Translations under genes and position numbers: made by a program | The notes under the pieces: model-generated | Databases searched by the model: none | What the model saw: the letters and a program-made list of their open reading frames with translations, nothing else | Told to the model about the DNA's origin: nothing | Part shown: in pieces, positions 28,001 to 40,000 of the stretch | Position numbering within the stretch: position 1 is the first letter of the stretch | Layout: each line of letters opens with the position of its first letter | Source of the DNA: Mobula hypostoma | Taxonomy: Eukaryota | NCBI RefSeq assembly: GCF_963921235.1 | Contig: NC_086097.1 | Coordinates: 251,164,001-251,228,000 of the forward strand | Direction of reading: 5' to 3' | DNA: 64,000 bases

Positions 28001-31000
28001 ACACATTCTTTCTCTCACTCTCCTTTTTCTCCCTCTGTCCCTCTGAATATACCTCTTGCCCATCCTCTGGGTCACCCCCCCCCCCGTCTTTCTTCCCGGA
28101 CCTCCTGTCCCATGATCCTCTCGTATCCCCTTCTGCCTATCACCTGTCCAGCTCTCGGCTCTATCCCTCCCCCTCCTGTCTTCTCCTATCATTTTGCATC
28201 TCCCCCTCCCCCTCCAGCTTTCAAATCCCTTACTCACTCTTCCTTCAGTTAGTCCTGACGAAGGGTCTCGGCCTGAAACGTCGACTGCGCCTCTTCCTAT
28301 AGATGCTGCCTGGCCTGCTGCGTTCACCAGCAACTTTGATGTATGTTGCTTGTAATATTTTACACTTACTTACATTAAATTTCATCTGCCATTTATCTGT
28401 CCACATCTGGATTTTGTTTAGATCTAACTGTATTGATTCTGCTGCCTGAAATGTTACCATCCTGCCCCCCTACTTTTGTGTCATCTGCAAACTTAATTAG
28501 TCTATTTGTTATGTGCTTATCCAAATTATTAACGTAAATTTAAAACAGCAGCGCCCCAAAACAGATTGCTGCGAAACCCCACTTTTAACATTTTCTGGGT
28601 GTGAAAATGATCCTCTCACCAAACTCGGTGCTTTCTGCTTTTGAGCCGATTCTACACCCACTCACACATCTTACCCTGAACCCCGACCTCCTGAAATTTC
28701 ATTATTAACCTCTCATGGGGAACCTTGTCAAAAGCCTTCTGAAAATCCAAGTAAATGATATCAGCCACTCTATTGTTATTATAAAATACTTCTTCATATC
28801 TCCAGCACATCAGTAAAACATTATTTCCCCTTTATGAACCCATGGCTGGCTTTCTGCTAACATGCCTGTTCTTATCAGCAGCTTTTCCAGCTCATTCTTT
28901 ATTAACGTTTCCATTATCTTACCAGCAATACATGTTAAACTTACTGGTCTATGGTTACCAGGGTCAGTGCAGTCACCCTTGTGTATATTGCGACACATAT
29001 GTACTTTGTTAATAAATTTGCTTTCAACTTTGAACTCGCTTATACAGAATAAGCAATGTAAAGATTTGTAACTGTTTCTTGATAACTTGGCACTTGTTGG
29101 ATTAGCATGTACTGTAGAGTTGCTATTTTTCTTGTAGTTTAACTCTCCTAAGCTTGCTTATAATTCTTATATAGTCACCTACTGTAAATACATATAATTA
29201 TTTCTAGTAATTGTGGTGTAGCTGCTCCTGTATTTTTCTAGAAGCTTCTCAGTGTTTTTTTCTGCAGTAGGTGTTATGTTACTTGAATCTATTTCATAGG
29301 TTAATTGTTATGACTGGAGAATTGTTACTGAGTATGAGAATGAAATAACCATGACATATTTTTCTTTGCCTTCCTTGTTTGTCTCTGTTCTGGTAACAAT
29401 TAGTAAAACGTAAGCAGGTTAAAAATAGGAAAACAGATTATTATCTGAATGGTGGCCGATTAGGAAAAGGGGAGGTGCAACGAGACCTGGGTGTCATTAT
29501 ACACCAGTCATTGAAAGTGGGCATGCAGGTACAGCAGGTGGTGAAAAAGGCAAATGGTATGCTGGCATATATAGCGAGAGGATTCGAGTACAGGAGCAGG
29601 GAGGTACTACTGCAGTTGTACAAGGCCTTGGTGAGACCACACCTGGAGTATTGTGTGCAGTTTTGGTCCCCTAATCTGAGGAAAGACATTCTTGCCATAG
29701 AGGGAGTACAAAGAAGGTTCACCAGATTGATTCCTGGGATGGCAGGACTTTCATATGAAGAAAGACTGGATGAACTGGGCTTGTACTCATTGGAATTTAG
29801 AAGATTGAGGGGGGATCTGATTGAAACGTATAAGATCCTAAAGGGATTGGACAGGCTAGATGCAGGAAGATTGTTCCCGATGTTGGGGAAGTCCAGAACG
29901 AGGGGTCACAGTTTGAGGATAAAGGGGACGCCTTTTAGGATCGAGATTAGGAAAAACTTCTTCACACAGAGAGTGGTGAATCTGTGGAATTCTCTGCCAC
30001 AGGAAACAGTTGAGGCCAGTTCATTGGCTATATTTAAGAGGGAGTTGGATATGGCCCTTGTGACTAAAGGAATCAGGGGGTATGGAGGGAAGGCTAATAC
30101 AGGGTTCTGAGTTGGATGATCAGCCATGATCATACTGAATGGCGGTACAGGCTCGAAGGGCCGAATGGCCTACTCCTGCACCTATTTTTTATGTTTCTAT
30201 GTTTCTATGTTTTATGCCTCATTCTTTACTTCCAAAGAATCTCCTCTGGATCAATGTCACCTCAGTGAGAAAAGGATCACCATTTAAATAAGCAGGATAA
30301 ATGCAAAAGCAATGCAAGTCAACGATCAGCTTTTTAAATAAGAGTTTACCTGGTCACAGAGGGATTGCACTAAAGAAGCAACATACTCAGCACAATGCTG
30401 ATGATGTACGTTGTCACCCACTGTCCGTAACAATTCCAGCATGTCCCGAAATACTTCTGCAAACCTCTCATCACCCTTGCTTGCTCCACTTAGAAGATGC
30501 AGGAGAGCAGCTTTGCAAGCTCCGTGGGAAGCTAAGGAATCCAGCAATGCAATTAGCCGTCCAGTCTGGGCAGTGAAGGTCTTCTCTTTCCCTTCTAAAG
30601 GACTGTAAGATGAAAGAAGCATTTGAGTACTACGACAAAACATTTCTAATCTGTCTCAAAACAAAGATTTGTGCTGACATTAAGAAAATGTGTTAAGAGC
30701 ACAAGAACCATAATACAATAAGCAAAATTCAGCTCATCGAGTCTACTCCACCATTCCATCAAGGCTGATTTATTATCCCTCTCCAACCCATTCCTCTGCC
30801 TTCTCCCCTTAACCTTTGACAACTAATTAATCAAGCACCTATCAACCTCAGTGTTTATCACTCTTCCTACGAAACCTGGAACAATAGAATATGAATTAGA
30901 TAGGACCATAAGTTTAATGAGTCATATCACCAAGCTACTTCTAAGAATTTTGATGACAAGAGCTAAAAGTAAGATACAAGCCTATTGGTTGTATTTGATG

Positions 31001-34000
31001 TGGTTTTGTGAAAGACAAAGGTACAAGAAATGCAATATTGATGTTAAGGATACTATCAGAACAAGCTATTCAAGTGCAAAAAGACCTGTTTGTTTTATCG
31101 ACTACACAAAAGCATTTGATAAAGTGAAGCTCAAGTTATTTGAAAAATTACAGAAAACTCTAGATCTAGATTCAAAAGACCTCCGCCTAATCAGAAACCT
31201 GTACTGGGAACAAACTGCCGCTGTAAGAATAGATGGAGAAGTAAGTCAGTTTACGAAAATCAAGAGAGGCATTAGACAAGGGTGTGTTTTCTCCCCAGAT
31301 TTATTTAACATGTACAATGAAACAATACTATAAAAAATAAGAGACACCTTGGGAATCAAAGTTGGCGGTGAAAACATCAATAATTTCAGATATGCAGATG
31401 ACACTGTGTTAATTGCAAGTACAGAGGAAGAACTACAAAACTTAATTGATATAATTGTTGAAGAAAGTGCAAAAATGCATCTACCTATCAATTGCAAAAA
31501 GACAGAATGTATGGTGATATCCAAAAAGAAGGAGAATCCTATCTGCAGGCTGAGAATAAACGGGGAAGACATAAAACAAGTGAAGAACTTTTGCTACTTA
31601 GGAAGCTGGGTGACATCAGATGGCAGGTGCGACATGAACATCAAAAGAAGAATAGGGATGGCAAAAGACACCTTCACGAGAATGAAGAGTATACTGACCA
31701 ATACTAAACTAGGCATGACAACCCGCCTCAGAGCACTGAAATGTTTCGTTTATCCAGTTATGTTATATGACTCAGAATGTTGGACAATATCTAGGAACAT
31801 GAGGAAACGAATTGTAGCAGCAGAGATGTGGTTTTTGAGGAGGATGCAAAGAATATCATGGACAAAACAAATATCTAATGAGGATGTCATGAACAGAGCA
31901 AACACAAAAAGAGAAATAATGTATGAGATCATGAAAAGGCAACATAACTTCATTGGACATGTGATTAGGAAAGAGGAGTTAGAATGCATGATAATTATGG
32001 GAAAGATTGAAGGGAAGAAAGCAAGAGGAAGATGATGATGGAGACAGCAGCCAGAGAACTGGAAATGAATACCAATGAATTGATCCACTTGACCCGAAAC
32101 AGGAGTGTGTGGGCCATGGCAGTCAAAGCTCAAACTGGGCACGGCACCTGATGATGATGATGATGATCAACCTCAATGACTTGACTTCCACAGCTGTCTG
32201 TGGCAATGAATTCCACAGATTCATTACCTCTGACAAAAGAAATTCAGTTAAGTTCAAATTGGCAACAACATCTCCTCCACAATTTCCATCAGCACAGGTG
32301 CATCACAAGGCTGTGTGCTTAGCCTCCTGCTCTACTTGCTTTACACTTATGACAGTGTGCTTAGCCCCCTGAATCTACTTGCTTTACACTTATGACAGTG
32401 TGGCTAAACACAGCTCCAATGCCATTTTTAAGTTTGCTGATGACACCACGATTGCAGGCTGAATTAAAGATGGTGATGAATCAGCATATAGGAGGGAGAT
32501 TGAAAATTTGGCTGAGGTCATCCCACAACAACAATCTCTTATTCAATGTCAGCAAGACCAAGGAGCTGATTATTGCTTCAGGAGGAGGAAAGTGGAACCG
32601 GATATCCATGAGCCAGTCCTCATCAGAGGATCAGAGGTGAAGAGGGTCAGCAACTTTAAATTCCTCAGTGTTATGATTTCTGAGGTCCTGTTCTGGGCCC
32701 AGCACATAAGGGCAATTGTGAAGAAAGCACAGCAGCATCTCTACTTCCTTAAGAGTTTGCGAAGACATGGCATGACATCTAAAACTTTGACAAACTTCTA
32801 CAAATGAGTAGTGCAGAGTATATTGACTGGCTGCTTCATAGCCTGATGGAAACATCAATGCCCTTAAATGGAAATTGTACAAAAAGTAGCAGATACGGAC
32901 TTGTGCATCATGGGCAAAACCATCCCCACCATTGACTACATCTATACAGAGTGTTGTCACAGGAGAGTAGCATCTATCAGTAAACCTCACCACCTGGGCC
33001 ATGCTCCCTTCTCATTGCTGCCATCAGAAAGACGATACCAAAGACTCAGGACCCACACCACCAGGTTCAGGAAAACATACTACTCCTCAACCACGAGGCT
33101 CTTGAACCAAAGGGGATAACTTCACTCATCCCATCACTGAACTGTTCCCACAACTTATGGACTCAAGTTCAGGGTCTCTTCATCTCATGTTCTTGATATT
33201 TATTGCTTATTTATTATTATTTACTTTTTGTATTTGTACAGTTTTTTGTCTTTTGCACAGTCGTTGTCCAACCTGTTGGTGCTGTCTTTCAATGATTCTA
33301 TTATGGTTTTTGGATTTATTGAGTATGCCCTGAAGAAGATAAATCTCAGGGTTGTATATGGTGACATATACACTGGCATGCAAAAGCTTGGGTACCCCGG
33401 TCAAAATTTCTGTTACTGTGAATAGTTAAGTGAGTAAAAGATGAACTGATCTCCAAAAGTCATAAAGTTAAAGATGAAACATTCTTTTCAATAGTTTAAG
33501 CAAGATTAGTGTATTATTTTTGTTTTGTACAATTTTAAAGTGAAAAAAAGGAGCATCATGCAAAAGTTTGGGCACCCCAAGAGATTTGAGCTCTCAGATA
33601 ACTTTTACCAAGGTCTCAGACCTTAATTAGCTTGATAGGGGTATGGCTTGTTCACAGTCATCGTTAGGAAAGGCCAGGTGATGCAAATTTCACCTTTATA
33701 AATACGCTGACTCCTCAAACCTTGTCCCAACAATCAGCAGCCATGGGCTCCTCTAAGCAGCTGCCTAGCATGCTGAAAATTAAAATAAATGATGCCCACA
33801 AGTATCAAGTATCCACGGCCTCCTCTACTGTCAAGATGAAGCCACACTCAGGTTGGAGGAACAACACCTTATATTCCGTCCCAGTAGCCTCCAACCTGAT
33901 GGCAGGAACATTGACTTCTCTAACTTCTGTTAATGCCCCACCTCCCCCTCGTACCCCATCGGTTATTTATTTATTTATTTTTATCTCTCTCCTTTTTCTC

Positions 34001-37000
34001 CCTCTGTCCCTCTCACTATACTCCTTGCCCATCCTCTGGGCTTCCCCCCCTCCCGCTTTCTTTCTCCCTAGGCCTCCCATCCCATGATCCTCTCATATCC
34101 CTTTTGCCAATCAACTGTCCAGCTCTTGGATCCGTCCCTTCCCCCTCCTGTCTTCTCCTATCATTTTGGATCTCCTCCTCCCCCTCCCACTTTCAAATCT
34201 CTTACTCACTCTTCCTTCAGTTAGTCCTGACGAAGGGTCTCGGCCTGAAACGTCGACTGTACCTCTTCCTAGAGATGCTGCCTGGCCTGCTGCGTCCACC
34301 AGCAATTTTTATGTGTGTTGCTTGAAATTCCAGCATCTGCAGATTTCCTCATGTTTGCAAAATACTCATTCAGTTCATCTGCTATTTTTTTGTTTTCCCC
34401 CATTACTACTTCTCCAGCATTATTTTCCAGTAGTCCAATATCTACTCTCACCTCTTTTATTCTTTATATATCTGAAAAGAAATTTTGGTATACTCTTTTA
34501 TAGTATTGGCTAGCTTACATTCATATTTCATCTTTTCTCTCCTTATGGCTTTTACTTATTTTCTGTTGGTTTTTAAAAGCATTCCAAATCTCTAACTTCC
34601 CACTAATTTTTGCTCTATTATTTGCTTTTATATTGTTTTGACTTCCCCTGTCAGCCATGGTTGTGTCATCCTGCCTTTGGAATACTTCTTCATCTTTGGG
34701 ATGTATCTATCCTCCGCCTTCCAAATTGCTCCCAGAAACTCCAGCCATTGCTGTTATGCCATCAGCCCTGCTAGTGTCCCCTTCTAATCAACTTTGGTCA
34801 GCTCCTTTCTCATGCCTCTGTAATTCCCTTTACTCCACTGTAATACTGATACATCTGACTAGTTTCTTACACTCACACTGCAGGGTGAATTCTATCATAT
34901 TATGATCACGATAGCATCAGCATAAAAATGCCCCTTCAGTCGGCAAATTCTAGATAGCCCATGAATGTCTATTCTACTTCTTTTACATTTATTTTTAATA
35001 TTGAATGTGTTTCGGAGACTGTTAGAGCCTGCATTTTACTGCTTGGAGAAAGCCTGCGTGATCCAGTGCTTTGCTGCCTCCGAGTAGATTCCGGGAAGCG
35101 AGTGAGTACTTGGACGGCCTTGGGGCATGAGCCTATGTTGGACACCATTTCACTGAGTAAAGCATCCATTAGCCACCAATTAAAGCATTGAGGAAAATTA
35201 AGGCATCAAAGCGAACATGGGAGGCTGGCTGACCTATCGCTGTGTGGCTCCTTGACGCAGACGGGTAGGCCTCTACCTGATATGGTGTCCCTCTCTTTAG
35301 ATGAATGTTGATGATGTCGGAGAATGGTTCTGTGTCTATGGATTGGACTACTGCATTCACGGACTGTGGACTTTTTCAGACACAGTTTTTATATTCTGTC
35401 TATTTCCGCCTGTTCCTTTTCCATTTTGTAATGCCAGGGGAGGGAGTTTGGGGTTGATGTTCTTGCTGCTCTCTGCTTTTTGGGGTTGTTTAGGGGTCAA
35501 AGTTGTGTGAGGAAAGCGGGGTTTGGGGGTTGATGATCGGGATGCAATTCATTTTTGTGTGTAGGAGTGTGTTTGATGTTTCTCTCTGAACGACTTTCAT
35601 GTTCTCTCTTTGTTTCGCGGCTATCTGGAGAAGATGAATCTCAGTTGTATATGGATACGTACTTCAGTAATAAATCAACCTCTGAACCTTTGATCACTGC
35701 CTCCTAAGAGTTCCTTTATCTTAAAACTCCCTAATCAAATCTGGGTCATCACACATCACCCAATCCAGAATTGCTTTTCCCCTAGTAGGGTCAACCACAA
35801 GCTGTTCTAAAAAGCCATCTCATTTCCTCTCCTGGGATCAAGCACGAACCTAATTTTCCCAATCCCCCATGTTTATCGTAACATTGCCCTTTTCACATGT
35901 CTATTTTGTCTTCCAAATCAAAGAAGCTTTTTCAGAATTTTAAAAATATTCCTTAGCAGCTTCCATGAATGAAACACAGAGAAACATACCACAATAATCA
36001 AGTACACAAAACGCTGGAGGAACTCAGCAGGTCAGGCTGAGTATCCATGGAAAGAAGCAACACCTCATATTTCATCTGGGCAGCCTCCAACTTGATGACA
36101 TGAACACCAAATTCTCTAACTTCCTGTAATTTCTCCTCCCTCCCCGTCTCTCCCTTCCATTCTCCATTCTTAGTCCCCTCTCATCCCTTCTCTTCTCCTC
36201 ACCTGCACATCACCACAGTCCCCTATCAGATTCCTCCTTCTTCAGCCCTTTACATCTTCCACCTATCACCTCCCAGCTTCTCACTTCATTGCCACTTCCC
36301 CCACCCATCCACATTCCCCGTTGCTTGGTCTCACCAATCACCTGCCAGTTGGCACTCATTTCCCTCCTCCCACTTTCTTATTCTGGCATCTTCCCCCGTC
36401 CTTTCCAGTCCTGTTGAAAGGTCTCACCCTGATAAATCAACTGTGTATTCCCCTCTGTAGATTTGTCTGACCTGCTGAGCTCCTCCAGCATTTTGTGTGC
36501 ATTGCTCTGGATTTGCAGCACCTGCAAACTCTCTTGACTACAATCAGATAAAATTGCATGAAGTACACGAACAAAAAATTACCTGCTTAATTCTTCAATG
36601 ATCAGATCTAATACGGTCCTCAGGATAAGAAGGGCTGTGGGAGAAGCCAGATCACAGAGTTGTATGCACACACGTCTGAGAATCTGCTGTAAAGGCTGAC
36701 AGCTGGATGCAAAGCTGGACCGAACTATCTCCTGCAAAAACTTTCCCTGTATCTGGAGGTGAATACTCCACAGTTTCCTGGTATTCAAGGCAATAGCTAC
36801 ACCTTCTGCTGAAATCGGCTGTCAAATTAAATACAAATCCTCTGGTTAATAAACAAAATACAATAATATATGCCACTCTCAAAAGCTACAAAGATATGCT
36901 ATATATTAGCAAAATGGCAGCATTAATGTATAAATTGCATTTCAGGTAACAGTATGCTAGAACTTCTGTGACATAGCATACAAAATCAACCTGAGAAAAT

Positions 37001-40000
37001 TGTAGCCATTGCCATCTTCTCAGTGTCATAAAAACTTAGAAGAGAACCCAGATTATGGCCAATATAAGAGGAAATAACTTTAAGGTGATTGGAGGAAAGT
37101 ATAGGGGAATGTCAGAGGTAAGTTTTTTTTTTAAACATGGTGAGTGATGGGTGCATGGAATGCCCTGCCAGGGATGGTGGTAGAGGCAGATACATTAGGA
37201 GCATTTAAGAAACTCTTGGGTAGGCACATGAATGATGGAAAAATGGAGGGCTATGTAGGAAGGAAGGGTTAGGAGGGCTACGCAGAAGGGAGGGGTTAAA
37301 ATAATTTGGCAGGGAGGTGGGAACCAGAGTGAAGGGGCTCAGGATAGGACAAATAATAAAAATGCAAAGATAGCATGCAAGCGGTCAGGAAGGGCAGGCA
37401 GATGATAGGACAAAATTGCAGCCAGCAGGGTGAGTATCAGTGCATTAGGGATGCAGAATCAACAGAGGAAGCAAATACAGTACTCAAAATGTGATATCTC
37501 AATGCACGGAGTATAAGAAATAAGGTGGATGATCTTGTTGCACTATTACAGATTATCAGGTATTATGTTGTGGCCATCACTTAATTGTGGCTGAAGGATG
37601 GCTGTAGTTGGGAGCTGAATGCCCAAGGTTACACGTTCTATCGGAGGGATAGGAAGGGAGGCAGAGGGAATGGCGTGGATCTCCTGGTAAAGAATGGCAT
37701 CAAATCAGTAGAAAGATAGGACATAAGAAGATATTGAATCCTTCTGGGTTGAGCTAAGGAACTGCAAGGGTAAAAGGTCACATGGTAGCAGCTAAGTACA
37801 GGCCTCCAAACAGTAGCTGGGATGTCACAGATCACAGCGATAAATAAAAAAGTCGTGTCAAAAGAGCAATGTTATGATAGTCATGGGAGGTTTCAACATG
37901 CAGGTCAATTGGGAAAATCGGGCTGGTAGTGGATCTCAAGAGAGTGAGTTTGTTGAATGCCTAAGAGAAGGTTCTTTAGAGCAATTTGTCGTTGAGCCTA
38001 CAAGGGGATCAGCTATAGTGGATTGGGTGTGACGTAATAAACTGGAGGATTAGGGAGCTTAAGGTAAAAGAACCCTTCAGAGGCAGTGATCACAATATGA
38101 TTGAGTTCAACTTGAAATCTGATAGGGAGAAAGTAAAGTCTGACATAGCAGCATTTCAGTGCAGTAAAGCAAATTACCGTGGTATGAGAGGGGAGTTGGC
38201 CAAAGTAAATTGGAAGGAGATGCTGGCAGGGATGACAGCAGAGCAGTAATGGCATGAGCTTCTGGGGAAAATGAGGAAGGTGCAGGATAGGTGCATTCCA
38301 AAAACAAAGAAATACTCAAATTGCAAAATAGTACAACCGTGGCTGACAAGGGATGTTAAAGCTAATGTAAAAGCAAAAGAGAAGGCAAACAACAAAGCAA
38401 AAATTAGTGGGAAGTCAGAGGGTTGGGAAGCTTTTAAAAACCTACAGAAAATCATTAGGAGGGAAAAGACAAAATATGATAGCAAGCTGGCAAACAATAT
38501 CAAAGTGGATAATAAAAGCTTTTTCAAGTATGTAAAAAATAAAAGAGATAGGAGTAGAAATAGGACTGCCAGAAAATGAGGGCGGAGAAGTAATAATGGT
38601 GAACAAGGTGACAGCAGATGAACTAAATACATATTATGCACCAGTCTTCATTGTGGAAGACACTAGTAGTGTGCCAGATATTGAAGGGAGTGAAGGAAGA
38701 GAAGTGGGGGCAGTTACTATTACAAGGGACAAGGTGCTCAAAAAGCTGAAAGGCCTGAGGGTACCCAACCAGATGAACTGTACTCTAGGGTTCTCAAAGA
38801 GATAGTGGTAGAGACTGTGGAGACGTTAGTAATGATCTTTCAAAAATCACTGCAATTCAAAAGTTGCAAAGGTCATTCCACTCTTTAAGAAAGGAGGAAG
38901 GCAGCAGAAAGGAAATTATAGACCTATTAGTCCAACCTCAGTGGTTGAGAAAATGTTAAGTCAATTAATAAGGATGAGATTATGGAGTACTTGGTGACAC
39001 AGGATAAGACAGGACAAAATCAGCATGGGTTCCTTAAGAGAAAATTTTGCCTGACAAACCTGTTGGAATTCTTTGAGGAGATTACAAGTAGGATAGATAA
39101 AAGGGGTGCAGTGGATGATCTATATTTGGACTTTAAGAAGGCCTTTGACAAGGCTGCTTACCAAGTTAAGAGCCCATGGTATTACAGGAAAGTTACTGAC
39201 ATGGTTAGAGCATTGGCTTATTGGTAGGAGGCGAGTGGGAATAAAAGGATCCCTTTCAGGTTCGCTGCAAGTGGTCAGGGTCAGTGTTGGGGCTGCTTCT
39301 TTTTATGCTGTATATCAATGATTTAGATGATGGAATAGATGGCTTTTTTGTCAAGTTTGCAGATGATACGAAGATTGGTGGAGGGGCAGGTAGTGTTGAG
39401 GAAACAGGTAGGCTACAGAAGGACTTTGATGAAGAGAATGGATAAGAAAGTGGCAAATGAAATACAATGTTGGAAAATGCATGGTCATGCACTTTAGTAG
39501 AAAAAATAAATGTGCACATTATTTTCTAAGTGGGGAGAAAATCCAAAAATCTGAGATGTAAAGGGACTTGGGAGTCCTTGTGCAGAATACCCTAAAGGTT
39601 AACTTGCAGGTAGAGTCAATGGTGAGGAAGGCAAATGCAATTTTGGCATTCATTTCAAGTCAAGAATACAAGAGCAGGGATGTGATGCTGAAGCTTTATA
39701 AGGCGTTTATGAGGCCCCACCTTCATACTGTGAACAGTTTTGGGCTCCTCATCTAAGAAAAGATGTGCTGGCATTGGAGAGAGTTCAGAAGAGGTTCACA
39801 AAGATGATTCCGGGAATAAAAGGGTTATCATATGAGGAACATTTGATAGCTCTGGGTCTGTACTCGCTGGAACTTAGAAGGATGAGGGGGTATCTCATTG
39901 AAACCTTTCAAATATAGAAAGGCATAGACAGAGTAGATGTGGAAAGGATGTTTCCCATAGTGGGGGAGTCTAGGACAGAGTCTAGGCACAGCCTCAGGAT

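Larger units (their letters stand above)
26946..28350 (+). mobile_element. Young Penelope-like element (Neptune-type), 5'-truncated with an inverted pseudo-LTR
   Basis: GIY-YIG ORF; inverted arms 26978-27517 and 27812-28352; 15-bp TSD tgtaatattttacac at 26931-26945 and 28351-28365. Confidence 0.92.

Noticed and set aside
27078..28333. Duplicated ORFs ([10 protein letters not shown].., [11 protein letters not shown]..) on both strands as candidate novel genes
   Set aside because: They are mirror-image products of the inverted pLTR arms; only the GIY-YIG frame has protein-family motifs.
32313..32402. ~44-bp tandem duplication
   Set aside because: Slippage within a dead Rex/Babar copy.
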